From Thermomicrobiales bacterium (GTDB lineage: Bacteria; Chloroflexota; Chloroflexia; Thermomicrobiales; UBA6265): DNA of 64,000 nt. Below are positions 9,027 through 21,184 of the stretch, one piece after another. The stretch spans positions 39,076 to 103,075 of the forward strand of contig JAGQGU010000034.1 in assembly GCA_020432165.1 (NCBI GenBank). The letters run 5' to 3'. A model generated the notes under the pieces. That model saw only the letters and a program-made list of their open reading frames with translations, was not told where the DNA came from and ran no database searches. Each line of letters begins with the position of its first letter. Within the stretch, counting starts at the first letter, position 1. The translations under genes were made by a program, and so were the position numbers.

Positions 9027-9881
9027 TCACGATGCCGGAGGCGTGGCGTCCGCAGCGTCCTCTTCCGTCGAGCTATCGTCCGTTCTGTCATCACCGGTAG
9101 CCGCGACAACCGTTGCCTTGGTGGCATCTATCTGATCCTGCGTATAGCCGCAGTAATTCAGCGCCTCGCGATCCCAGTACGAGACCAGTCGACTCTTGCC
9201 CGCGGCATGTGCTTCTGCCACGGTGCCAACGTGAATCTCGCCGTCCTTGGACTCCTTGTTGACATCCGGCACCGCATCGCAAACATGGAAGACCTTGCCG
9301 CTCTTGGTCCAGTAGACCTCATCCTTACCGGTCAGTGTCTCGATAATGCTTTGCTCGGCCGCATATTGTTCCTGCGATGGGGAGTCATAAGAGTATCCGA
9401 GCGCAGCCACGATGGCCAATACCGCGATGGCAACACCACCCGCCATACCCTTCTGCTTGCTATCCATATCCTTGTTCATAAAGATCAGGATGATAAGCGG
9501 CAGGAAGGAGACCACCGCCATAATGGCGCCAAGCTGATTCTGTACCCAGAAGCGGAAACCATCTTCTTTCGATGCGGGATCGAGGCGATTCGCCTTCTTC
9601 CACATCATGGAACCACCCACGGAGAGAAGCCCCGTCACTACAATGGCGCCGATCAGGAGCACCATATTGACTGGTACCTGCTTCAGAATCCAGAAAATAG
9701 CAAAAAGCTGCACACCAATAGCCGCCAGCCAAGCCACCCAGGCATAGATACGGAGCTTGTTTGCCTGGCTCTTTGCCTCCGGAGTAGGCTTCCATGCCGG
9801 TTCGGTGGATTTGACTTTTGGTTGCTTCGGGTCAGATTGCGCCCTGACGACCTTTTTCTTCCCTTTGGAATTCTCGCTCAC
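9027..9881 (-). CDS. Polytopic membrane protein, unknown function
   Basis: GTG start after AAAGG. It has a Lys-rich N-terminus, about five hydrophobic helices, a soluble C-terminal domain (VYWTKSGKVFHVCDAVPD...GTVAEAHAAGKSRL) and an acidic tail. Confidence 0.5.
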   Translation of the reverse strand: MSENSKGKKKVVRAQSDPKQPKVKSTEPAWKPTPEAKSQANKLRIYAWVAWLAAIGVQLFAIFWILKQVPVNMVLLIGAIVVTGLLSVGGSMMWKKANRLDPASKEDGFRFWVQNQLGAIMAVVSFLPLIILIFMNKDMDSKQKGMAGGVAIAVLAIVAALGYSYDSPSQEQYAAEQSIIETLTGKDEVYWTKSGKVFHVCDAVPDVNKESKDGEIHVGTVAEAHAAGKSRLVSYWDREALNYCGYTQDQIDATKATVVAATGDDRTDDSSTEEDAADATPPAS

Positions 9882-10037
9882 GACTAACCTTTCGTATCAG
9901 GCACGCCCACGGAAGAGGCATACTACACGCGGATATTGAGTGCGACGTTACTATCGCAGGTTCGGATACTGGAATTGTAGTTCACCGTTCGACACCTGAC
10001 AATATTGCGTTTATCAAAACGAGGTTAGGGAAATCTG

Positions 10038-10538
10038 TTAGCAGGTTTCCGTGTTGTCGTGACCGACCCGCGGAGCATGCCAGCCCATGCGATAGCGGAA
10101 GACACCGCTCGGGTGCATGCGTCGCCCCACCATCTTGAAGCCACAGGTCTTGTAAAACCCCATCGAGTCGTCGTCGGTCTCTGCAGTTAATGGTCGGCGG
10201 CCGGACCTGCGGAGGGCATCGGTCAGCATCAGCCGCCCGTATCCTTGGCGACGATACTCCGGGGCCACGGCAATCACACCAATCTGATTCGCCATACCAT
10301 CGCGTTCCAGCGTGTAGGCGGCAACCAATGTATCGTGCAACCAGCCACCGATCACACGATTATTCGCACCGGCGCGAGCCTGATCGATCCGTAGCTGCGC
10401 TGCTTCCGCAGTGCCTTCGCCGGTGGCATCCGCCAGTACGATTGCCGCTGCCGCGTCATCGCTTTCGGGCAATGGCCGCAGTTCGAAGCCGGTATCGGGA
10501 TCGATGAAGATTGGAGCCGAATTGAAATCTACAGACAT
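10038..10538 (-). CDS. GNAT-family N-acetyltransferase
   Basis: Acetyl-CoA-binding motif A region (IAVAPEYRRQGYGRLMLTDAL) and C-terminal FYKTCGF. Confidence 0.75.
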   Translation of the reverse strand: MSVDFNSAPIFIDPDTGFELRPLPESDDAAAAIVLADATGEGTAEAAQLRIDQARAGANNRVIGGWLHDTLVAAYTLERDGMANQIGVIAVAPEYRRQGYGRLMLTDALRRSGRRPLTAETDDDSMGFYKTCGFKMVGRRMHPSGVFRYRMGWHAPRVGHDNTETC

Positions 10539-10541
10539 ACC

Positions 10542-11828
10542 TTAATCCAACGTTATGAGCGGCAGATATTCTCGCTCGCGGGCATATGGGCCAATCAGCA
10601 CCAGATTCATGAGTTGTTCCTGGAGCAGATCGTTCGCCAGCTCCTGAACCTGGGCCGAGGTGACGGCGTCGATGTGGACCATCATTTCTTCTGGCGTCTC
10701 AATGAAGCCATAGGTCGCTTCCTGACTACCAACCCAGCTCGCCACCGAGCGACTATCCTCCAGTCCCATCAACAGGCGACCCTTGCGCAGTGTCTTGGTG
10801 CGCTCGAGTTCATCCTCCGGTACCGGCTCATCGCGGAGCTTCTTCAGCTCCACCATAATCGCCTCGATCGTCTCCTTGACCCGCTCGGTATCGGTGCCAG
10901 CGTAGATAACCCCCTGGCCGATATCCTCGTGACTGCGGAAGTAGCCATACACGCTATAGACCAGGCCACGCTTCTCCCGAATCTCCTGGAAAAGGCGTGA
11001 GCTCATCCCACTGCTGAGGATCGCCTCAATGGTGCTCTGTACGTAGCGACGATCATCGTAGTAACTCAAAGCCGGGAATCCGAGGCAGAGATGAGCCTGC
11101 TCGGTATCGCGGGTGATGAGCTTGATCCGCTTTTCGGTCTGGTCGCTACTGGCTACCGTCGAAGTATGTGGATTGATCGTTACCGGCAGATCACCAAAGA
11201 AGCGTTCTGTCAACGCGACAACTTCTTCGTGATTAACATCGCCACCAGCCGCGACTACCAGGCGATCAGCACCGTAATTGCGATGGAAGAAATCGACCAT
11301 CGCCTCACGGTCGATATTTGCGACCGTCTCTTCACTGCCCGCCACATCGCGCCCGACCGGATCATCGCCCCAGACCAGCTGATCGATGACATCGTGCACC
11401 ATATCCTCCGGGATATCCTGCACGGCACGGATCTCCTCGAAGATCACCTTTCGCTCTTTCTCCAACTCGTCAGGATCGAAGACCGAATTGCGCAGCATAT
11501 CCGCCAGCACCTCAAATGCCAGCGCCAGATGCATACCCGGCACTTTCGCCCAGTAGCTGGTGTTCTCCCGGCCGGTACCGGCATTGAGAATGCCGCCGAC
11601 CGATTCGATCTCCTGCGAGATTGTGAGGGGATCAGGTCTATTCGTTGTGCCCTTGAAGAGCATATGCTCCAGAAAATGGGCGGCACCCGCGATAGGCGCG
11701 GGTTCGATACGGCTGCCAACATTGTAGGCAATGATCAGACTCGCGGATTTCACACCCTCCATTCGACCGGTCACAATGCGAACCCCATTTGGGAGCGTCG
11801 TTTTCTTGTAGGGGCGGGTATCGCTCAC
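10542..11828 (-). CDS. M16-family zinc peptidase (pitrilysin-like)
   Basis: Inverted zinc motif HFLEHMLFKGT near the N-terminus, with typical two-domain length. Confidence 0.85.
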   Translation of the reverse strand: MSDTRPYKKTTLPNGVRIVTGRMEGVKSASLIIAYNVGSRIEPAPIAGAAHFLEHMLFKGTTNRPDPLTISQEIESVGGILNAGTGRENTSYWAKVPGMHLALAFEVLADMLRNSVFDPDELEKERKVIFEEIRAVQDIPEDMVHDVIDQLVWGDDPVGRDVAGSEETVANIDREAMVDFFHRNYGADRLVVAAGGDVNHEEVVALTERFFGDLPVTINPHTSTVASSDQTEKRIKLITRDTEQAHLCLGFPALSYYDDRRYVQSTIEAILSSGMSSRLFQEIREKRGLVYSVYGYFRSHEDIGQGVIYAGTDTERVKETIEAIMVELKKLRDEPVPEDELERTKTLRKGRLLMGLEDSRSVASWVGSQEATYGFIETPEEMMVHIDAVTSAQVQELANDLLQEQLMNLVLIGPYAREREYLPLITLD

Positions 11829-11831
11829 AGG

Positions 11832-12329
11832 CTAGTTGTCCTTCGCATAGTGCAGCAGGTAGTCCAGCAGCATTTCCAGTGCGCGCTCGGTGCTGGCGGC
11901 AGTGACAGCCGCGCGATCACCGGCAAAGGTGTGTTCTTCACAGGTGGTGCCATCGGGGCTTGCCACCGCGATGTAGACCAGTCCCACGGGCTTGCGTTGG
12001 GTCGCTCCGCTGGGTCCGGCGATGCCGGTGGTGCTCACCGTAATGGTTGCCCCCAGAGCCTTGCGTGCTCCCACCGCCATGCGGCGGGCACATTCATCGC
12101 TGACAGCACCAGGGTTATCCAGTACCTGCCGCGGGACGCCGAGCACGTTCTCTTTCACATCGTAGGCGTAGCTGACGATACCGCCCATGAGATAGGCCGA
12201 TGCTCCGGCCGGGGTCGCGAGTCGACTCGCGACCGCTCCTGCGGTGATGCTCTCTGCGGTACCGATCGTGATACCGGAGCGAGTAGTGAGCAGATCGAAA
12301 ATGCGTTGTTCCGGTGATGCATCCGGCAT
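11832..12329 (-). CDS. CinA C-terminal domain protein (nicotinamide-nucleotide amidohydrolase PncC-like)
   Basis: ITIGTAESITAGAVASRL signature. ATG 12329 is preceded by AGGAGGG. The stop lies 3 nt before the M16 peptidase start. Confidence 0.8.
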   Translation of the reverse strand: MPDASPEQRIFDLLTTRSGITIGTAESITAGAVASRLATPAGASAYLMGGIVSYAYDVKENVLGVPRQVLDNPGAVSDECARRMAVGARKALGATITVSTTGIAGPSGATQRKPVGLVYIAVASPDGTTCEEHTFAGDRAAVTAASTERALEMLLDYLLHYAKDN

Positions 12330-12402
12330 ATAGTGCCCTCCTGCGCGCAATCCTTTATCCTCGTATTATCGCGCAGATCAGTGAACCGCGGGAGCAACTG
12401 TC

Positions 12403-12951
12403 ATGGTGGATGCGAGAATCGATCAGGTTTCTTTTCGCCCAGTCGATGTGGATACGGATCTGCCGTTGCTCTTTGCCTGGTTGGGCGATGAAGATGTGCA
12501 TCAGTGGTACGACGAAGGCGAACACTCGCTGGAGAATTATCGCCATCGCTTCGCATCGGAACCCACGACCCGCAAGTTCATCTTTGCAATTAATGGGCAC
12601 CCGGCCGGGTATCTGCAGACTTATTGGCTGCACGACGAACCCGCCTATCAGCAGCAACTCGGGTTGGAACACGATGCTGTTTCCATAGACATGTTTATTG
12701 GTGCGGCGGACTTTCGCAATCAGGGGTGGGGGAGTAGCGTGCTCCGGGCGGCCTTAGGGACGATCGTCTTTGGTGAGATGGGTGCGGAGCACGCCTGCAT
12801 CAATCCCGTGCCGGAGAATATCCGCGCCATCAAGAGCTACGAGAAGGCGGGTTTCGTGCAGGACCGCATCGTCTACGTCCGCGACAGCCAGCCGGAAAAT
12901 ACCGGCCACGAGCGCATCATGCTGCTTTCCAAAGCCGATTTCGATCGGTAA
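12403..12951 (+). CDS. GNAT-family acetyltransferase (AAC(6')/siderophore-acyltransferase-like subfamily)
   Basis: FRPVDVDTDLPLLFAWL..VHQWY N-terminus and a NQGWGS...N..AI.SYEKAGF core. Confidence 0.7.
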   Translation: MVDARIDQVSFRPVDVDTDLPLLFAWLGDEDVHQWYDEGEHSLENYRHRFASEPTTRKFIFAINGHPAGYLQTYWLHDEPAYQQQLGLEHDAVSIDMFIGAADFRNQGWGSSVLRAALGTIVFGEMGAEHACINPVPENIRAIKSYEKAGFVQDRIVYVRDSQPENTGHERIMLLSKADFDR

Positions 12952-12974
12952 ACGTGGCCCCGGGGTGTTGGCGC

Positions 12975-13763
12975 TTACTCCTGAAACGGCCTCACCCGAA
13001 TCAGATGAATACCACTTACAGAGGTACCGCTGGTGACATACGGCATCACCAAATAGGTGGTGCCCTCCACCTCTACACAGTCGTGCGGGGCATCGTCCAG
13101 CGATCCCGCCTTGGGAAAGATCAATTCTTGTTGGCAGGCAGCCATGCTCTCGGTACGGAACATGAAGTAGACCGTGTAGGTGCCGCGACCGCTCATCGTG
13201 AAGGTGATGGTATTCTGGCCACCACTGCTGGCAGCGATTGTTTCGAAGCCGCCTTCAAGCGGATTCGATGTCGCCATCAGCACCGTACCGTCGCCGATCT
13301 CAAAGGGATCGCATGCCGCGACGGATTTTAACTCGCCGTTCACTACCTCTTTGGCCGGGCACTCCAGCATCACGATGCGTAGCGTGTGATCGACCAGTGC
13401 AGGCTGCATCTCCGCCATGGCGGAAGGCATCAATACAATGGCCAGTAGGGCTCCAAGTGGATAGATCAACCCCATACTGTGCTCGCCGCTGAGCCATTCG
13501 CGGTATCCCACCAATCCGAGCGTGATTGGCACCAACACCCAGATCAATCGGCTGCTGAAGTCATCACTGATATTGCTGATACTGGCGAAATCCTGATTCG
13601 AGATCAGCCGCAACTGCACCAGCTTGCCGATATTCCAGAGCGCGGTGACGACCAGTAGCGCAATGAGTCCGTTGATGAGCACGTCCAAACGGCGCAATCT
13701 GGCATAGGCACGTTGCGCATTTGGTGATGGCATGAAGAGCGAATAATCGCGTACCCGGAACAT
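12975..13763 (-). CDS. Membrane-anchored hypothetical protein
   Basis: ATG 13763 is preceded by GGGAGGA at ideal spacing. It has three or four hydrophobic helices, then a Cys-containing beta-rich domain. The longer ORF to 14015 would overlap the lacZ 5' end. Confidence 0.5.
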   Translation of the reverse strand: MFRVRDYSLFMPSPNAQRAYARLRRLDVLINGLIALLVVTALWNIGKLVQLRLISNQDFASISNISDDFSSRLIWVLVPITLGLVGYREWLSGEHSMGLIYPLGALLAIVLMPSAMAEMQPALVDHTLRIVMLECPAKEVVNGELKSVAACDPFEIGDGTVLMATSNPLEGGFETIAASSGGQNTITFTMSGRGTYTVYFMFRTESMAACQQELIFPKAGSLDDAPHDCVEVEGTTYLVMPYVTSGTSVSGIHLIRVRPFQE

Positions 13764-13809
13764 CTGTGTTCCTCCCTGGTACATGGTTGGCAATGCGACT
13801 GGTATGTAG

Positions 13810-16887
<3,078 letters not shown>

Positions 16888-16892
16888 TCGCG

Positions 16893-17663
16893 CTAATCCA
16901 GTCCGACGACTTCGCGGACTTTCGCCACGACCTCCGGAGCACCGGCGATCACCAGATCGCCGGAAGCGTCATGCCAAATCTCGCCACCTGCCTCGGACAC
17001 GATCAACTCACCGCAGAGGAGGTCGTGGGCCTCGTTCTTCCAGGCACCGAAGGCACCAACCCTCCCGGCGGCAATCAGACCCCAATCGATGCTTGGACTC
17101 CATGTCCGTAGCACTCGCTTGAAGGTCTGTTCCAGGTCATATATCACGCCCTTTACCCAGGCATCGGTGGTCGGTACCACATAGCCTTGCGTCCAGGAGA
17201 GGGTGGTGCGGCGGAGATCAGGAAAGCTGCCGATGCGCGTAGGATGCCCATGTCGCCAGGCACCGCCGCCTTTATACGCCGAGGTGGTAATACGGCTGAC
17301 GCTATCGTGTACCGCTGCCACCACCGGCTCGCCGTTCTCCAGCACCGTAATGCAGTTGCCGAACATGGGCATACCGAGTACGTAATTGTTCGTCCCATCC
17401 AGCGGATCAATCAACCACTGGATTGGTGCATCGGCATTGCAGACCACGCCGTGTTCCTCGCCCGTGATACCGTGATGCGGAAAGCTCTGCTGAATGCGCT
17501 CAATCATCCGTAACTCGCAGGCGATATCAACCTCGGTCACGACATCAATCCCGTGTCCCTTCTGTTGACTCTCGATACCTTGCCGCAGTTGCGTTACGGC
17601 GGTATCACCCGCTTCCAGCGCGAGTGAGGTCATGAGATCGTGGATGGCGGCGTAATCGGTCAT
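16893..17663 (-). CDS. Inositol monophosphatase family protein
   Basis: Metal-binding motifs TGEEHG and WLIDPLDGTNNY, plus a C-terminal WSPSIDW/GAF region. ATG follows GAAAGGAAG. Confidence 0.8.
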   Translation of the reverse strand: MTDYAAIHDLMTSLALEAGDTAVTQLRQGIESQQKGHGIDVVTEVDIACELRMIERIQQSFPHHGITGEEHGVVCNADAPIQWLIDPLDGTNNYVLGMPMFGNCITVLENGEPVVAAVHDSVSRITTSAYKGGGAWRHGHPTRIGSFPDLRRTTLSWTQGYVVPTTDAWVKGVIYDLEQTFKRVLRTWSPSIDWGLIAAGRVGAFGAWKNEAHDLLCGELIVSEAGGEIWHDASGDLVIAGAPEVVAKVREVVGLD

Positions 17664-17777
17664 GGTGGCTTCCTTTCATATATTCGGATGCCAATCCTAC
17701 CCGATCGCGCGGATTTGCATGATCTCCGCTAGAATGCGTCCATAAGGATCGTCGGCTTATGGAGTAAAGCCTGGAAC

Positions 17778-18155
17778 ATGGTGAACATCTTATGGATTGG
17801 AATCGGAGGATTCCTCGGCGCGAACATGCGCTATTGGCTCGGTAGTCTTATCGGCCGTTGGTTAGGTACCGGATTTCCCTACGCGACCGGTATCATCAAT
17901 ATCACTGGTGCATTTACCATCGGCATCATCGCGACGTTATTTGCCGATCGCGCCATGGACAACGAATCGCTACGGTTGTTTCTGATTGTGGGCATCCTCG
18001 GCGGATATACCACCTTTAGCAGCTACAGCTATGAGGCTGTCACGCTCATGCAGGAGGATCGTTGGTTGGCTGCCATCGGCTATCTCGTTGGGAGCAACGT
18101 GATCGGAATCAGTGCCTGTGTCGCGGGGGTATTGGTCGCTCGCATTTGGACGTAG
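17778..18155 (+). CDS. crcB: Fluoride ion channel CrcB/FluC
   Basis: 125 aa with four TM helices and the GGFLGANMRY and GGYTTFSSYSYE signatures. Confidence 0.9.
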   Translation: MVNILWIGIGGFLGANMRYWLGSLIGRWLGTGFPYATGIINITGAFTIGIIATLFADRAMDNESLRLFLIVGILGGYTTFSSYSYEAVTLMQEDRWLAAIGYLVGSNVIGISACVAGVLVARIWT

Positions 18156-18169
18156 GCGTGTCTGCGGAC

Positions 18170-18532
18170 GTAGCCCCGGGGTTGATCCCCGGGGATGGCA
18201 TAACGACTCGTCATCGCCCTCGCTAGCGTAACCGTAGCCCCGGGGTTGATCCCCGGGGAACGGGGAGGAACCTGGCCAGACCACCGATCGTTCGGCTGAT
18301 TCCTCGCCTGCGGCTTCGGAATGACGGCGATGCAGACGTAGCCCCGGGGTTGATCCCCGGGGTGAATGGGACGACTCGTCATCGTCCTCGCTAGCGTACA
18401 ACCGTAGCCCCGGGGTTGATCCCCGGGGAACGGGGAGGAACCTGACCAGACCACCGATTGTTCGGCTGATTCCTCGCCTGCGGCTTCGGAATGACGGTGA
18501 TGCAGACGTAGCCCCGGGGTTGATCCCCGGGG
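18170..18532. repeat. Composite tandem repeat (2.3 units of 168-170 bp) built on five copies of a 25-nt palindromic core
   Basis: GTAGCCCCGGGGTTGATCCCCGGGG occurs at 18170, 18234, 18338, 18404 and 18508. The intervening 39-41-nt and 79-nt segments are themselves repeated in alternation. A degenerate half-copy lies at about 18563. Confidence 0.85.
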
Positions 18533-18621
18533 ATGGCATGGCGACTCGTCATCGTCCTTGCTACTTACAGACGTAACCTCTGGGGACGAACTCCATGGGG
18601 ACCAGATAAAGGAGTTTTCAT

Positions 18622-19500
18622 ATGCGGTATGTTCTGACGACACTCATGATTCTCACCTCGCTCATTGCCACGGGCTCGTCCGTGAGCGCTGAAGTGATGT
18701 GCGCCGAACCGGCGGCCTCCGCCGGCACCGCTGTGACCGAGGGGACACCGGTCGCCACACCCTTCACGGCGACAGAGTTCCCGGAGAGCGGTGGCGAGCT
18801 TACCATCTTTGCTGCCGCATCTTTGACCGATGCCTACGCCGAGATGGCCGAGAACCTGGAAGCAGCCCATCCGGGTCTGACGATCACTGTCGAGACGGCA
18901 GGTTCGCAGTCTCTGGTAACCCAATTGGAAGAGGGCGCCACTGCTGATGTCCTGGCCACCGCCAATACCAGCACGATGACTCGTGCGCAGGAGAGTGGTC
19001 TGATCAGCGGCGACCCGGTCACCTTCACCGGCAATCGTCTGGTCATCGTCACCCCGGCCGATAATCCTGCGGGTATCGCCAGCATCGATGATCTCGCTGG
19101 CGATGGTATCCGCCTGGTTCTGGCGAATCCGGATGTACCAGCCGGCAACTATGCCGCCAAGGCCTTCTGCACCTATGACACCGTCGATGGTGCTCCGGAA
19201 GGCTTCCTGGATAGCATCAATGCGAATCTCGCCTCCGAGGAGTCCGATGTGCGCGATGTGCTTGCCAAGGTGCAGCTGGGCGAGGCCGATGCCGGTGTTG
19301 TTTACGCCAGCGATGCCAAGGCCAGCGAACTCAGTGGTGTCAGCCTGAATGTCATCGAATTCCCTGAGAGCGTGCCCACGCGCGCTTCGTATCCGATCGC
19401 TGCAGTCGAAGGCGGCAACACCGAGCTGGCGAACGCCTTCATCAGCTACGTTCTCAGTGATGAGGGTCAGGCGATCCTCAAGGAAGACGGCTTCGAATAG
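18622..19500 (+). CDS. modA: Molybdate ABC transporter substrate-binding protein
   Basis: Signal peptide, then LTIFAAASLTDAY...GSQSLVTQLEEGATADVLATAN, typical of ModA. ATG follows AAAGGAG. Confidence 0.85.
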   Translation: MRYVLTTLMILTSLIATGSSVSAEVMCAEPAASAGTAVTEGTPVATPFTATEFPESGGELTIFAAASLTDAYAEMAENLEAAHPGLTITVETAGSQSLVTQLEEGATADVLATANTSTMTRAQESGLISGDPVTFTGNRLVIVTPADNPAGIASIDDLAGDGIRLVLANPDVPAGNYAAKAFCTYDTVDGAPEGFLDSINANLASEESDVRDVLAKVQLGEADAGVVYASDAKASELSGVSLNVIEFPESVPTRASYPIAAVEGGNTELANAFISYVLSDEGQAILKEDGFE

Positions 19501-20301
19501 ATGATCGGATCGCGCCCGACCCGTATCTGGGTGCTCATGTGGATTCTTGCGGCCATCGGTATCGCCTTCCTGGCGCTGCCGGTGGTCTCCCTTTTCTGGC
19601 GGGCGATCGATTATCGCGATGCGGTTAGCGATGCTCGCACGCGCGGCATCCTCGTCGATGCCGTTATGCTCAGCCTGGTCACCAGCGCTTTGGCAATGGT
19701 ACTGGTTGTCGGCTTCGGTACTCCTCTGGCGTATGTGCTGGCGCGGAGTCAGAGTCGGTTCGCGAAGATTGTCGATGCCGTTATCGATCTGCCGATCTTG
19801 CTACCACCGGCTGTAGCTGGTATCGCACTGCTGACCGCCTTTGGTCGGGCAGGCACACTCGGTGGTTGGCTTGATGATCGTGGTGTGCAGATCGGGTTCA
19901 CGACTACTGCCGTCGTGCTGGCGCAGGTTTTTGTCAGTTCGCCCTTCTTCATCCGCTCGGCCCGAGCCGGATTCATGCGTATTGATCGCAATCTGGAGGA
20001 TGCCGCCGCCGATCTCGGTGCGCCCCCGTTCACTGTTTTCCGCCGCATCACATTGCCGCTAGTGCGGAATAGCCTGGTGGCCGGGGCAGTCTTGGCCTGG
20101 GCGCGAGCGTTGGGTGAATTTGGTGCAACGATCATGTTCGCGGGCAGCCGTCGGGGTGTCACCCAAACGATGCCTCTCGCCATTTACGAACGCTTCGGTG
20201 GCGGCGATCTCCCCGCCGCCATCGTCATGAGCGTAGTGCTGCTGGGTATCAGTGTCGTTTTCCTCGTGATGGTACGTGTGGTTGGCGAACGCTCGGTGTA
20301 G
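19501..20301 (+). CDS. modB: Molybdate ABC transporter permease
   Basis: Five or six TM helices and an EAA-loop region (LEDAAADLGAPPFTVFRRITLPL) with ARALGEFGATIMFAG. It starts 1 nt after the modA stop. Confidence 0.85.
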   Translation: MIGSRPTRIWVLMWILAAIGIAFLALPVVSLFWRAIDYRDAVSDARTRGILVDAVMLSLVTSALAMVLVVGFGTPLAYVLARSQSRFAKIVDAVIDLPILLPPAVAGIALLTAFGRAGTLGGWLDDRGVQIGFTTTAVVLAQVFVSSPFFIRSARAGFMRIDRNLEDAAADLGAPPFTVFRRITLPLVRNSLVAGAVLAWARALGEFGATIMFAGSRRGVTQTMPLAIYERFGGGDLPAAIVMSVVLLGISVVFLVMVRVVGERSV

Positions 20302-20305
20302 TGGA

Positions 20306-21184
20306 TTAGTCCGGGATATCCAGCGAATCAACCAGAGATATCACCGCTGCCCATGCTTCATCGAAAGGGATGAACGTGTGACGGACCGTATCACGGAGTG
20401 CGTCATACCCGAACTCTGAGCGCTCACGTACTTCAGGATCTCGAAATGCACTTTTCGTTGGATCAATATCCCTGTTCTGGCATTTTGCGGGCAAGAACTG
20501 GCTGATGAGTGCGACGTCAGGGTCGAGATTCCGATAGATCATAGCAATATCAAGTATGTCCTGATTTCGATGTCGACGCCGCACGGGCTGTTGAAGGATG
20601 GCCCTCAGTTTCTCGGCAACAATGTCTTCAATCGTTGACACCTTTAGGGGATGAGAGATATCACGCAGGAGCGTTTCATCATAGGCGCAAACATTCTCAT
20701 TGACGCTGATATCAAGATCGATAATTTGCGCTCCTGGTTTGCCATCCAGGAGAAGCTGTCGTTGGCGTTCTTGCCCAGGAGCGGCCCAGCCAATCCTGAC
20801 TTTATAGGTAACTCGTGTCCGGTCTTTTCCACGCGGCTGTTGGTCAATTCTCTGAAGCCGGATCACGGTACCAACACCGTCATCGGATCGCTGCAACGCC
20901 GTTGAGAGCCTTTCCCCTAAAGATTCCTTGAGCACGTCAAGATCGCCCGGAGCACTCAAATAGGTAAAGTCCAGATCTGTGGTGGCTCGATTCTCAAGAT
21001 AGATAAATTCGAGGGCATTGCCACCCTTAAAGACAAGCTCTCTACGCAAGGAAGAACTATCGGCAATGGCTTTGAGCGTAAGGAACTGGATGTACTTACT
21101 GCGTCCTTCGAGAACGGGTATCCCTTCCTGGTTACTCCATCCTTCTACTTCAGCAAACGACGTTGGGAAGTTGCTATTGGTCAT
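20306..21184 (-). CDS. abiEii: AbiEii/AbiGii-family nucleotidyltransferase toxin (DUF1814)
   Basis: FKGGNALEFIY (hGG motif) and TTDLDFTY (DxD motif). Its ATG overlaps the upstream stop as ATGA. Composition is lower-GC. Confidence 0.75.
   Translation of the reverse strand: MTNSNFPTSFAEVEGWSNQEGIPVLEGRSKYIQFLTLKAIADSSSLRRELVFKGGNALEFIYLENRATTDLDFTYLSAPGDLDVLKESLGERLSTALQRSDDGVGTVIRLQRIDQQPRGKDRTRVTYKVRIGWAAPGQERQRQLLLDGKPGAQIIDLDISVNENVCAYDETLLRDISHPLKVSTIEDIVAEKLRAILQQPVRRRHRNQDILDIAMIYRNLDPDVALISQFLPAKCQNRDIDPTKSAFRDPEVRERSEFGYDALRDTVRHTFIPFDEAWAAVISLVDSLDIPD

Noticed and set aside
11091-12317. 408-aa + strand ORF over the M16 peptidase and CinA genes (similarly 6699-7880, 14086-14994, 23581-24537, 41555-42469, 46679-47545)
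   Set aside because: All lie antisense to genes with strong family signatures and show shadow-ORF composition. None has a convincing start context.
17664-17777. Fluoride (crcB motif) riboswitch upstream of crcB
   Set aside because: I could not find the conserved GGCGAUGG..CCGCC / AAC.GCC / CUGAUG..CCUCUAC pattern or a plausible pseudoknot. The only GAUG-containing stem (GGAUGCCAAUCC) lacks the complementary 3' segment.
18170-18532. CRISPR array (five identical 25-nt palindromic repeats with interspersed sequence)
   Set aside because: The 'spacers' are not unique. The 39-41-nt and 79-nt segments recur in alternation, so this is a 168-170-bp tandem repeat. Spacer lengths are non-uniform and there are no cas genes in the window.
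18533-18621. Moco riboswitch upstream of modA
   Set aside because: There are only loose resemblances at the ends (CCUCUGGGG..., ...AAAGGAG). The unique sequence is about 60 nt, far shorter than the roughly 130-nt multi-stem motif. The rest is repeat array.
17970-18643. Two overlapping minus-strand ORFs (189 and 187 aa) with repeated PRGSTPGLR / GDQPRGY peptides
   Set aside because: The repetitive peptides are simply translations of the DNA tandem repeat. The ORFs run into crcB and modA coding sequence and lack start contexts.
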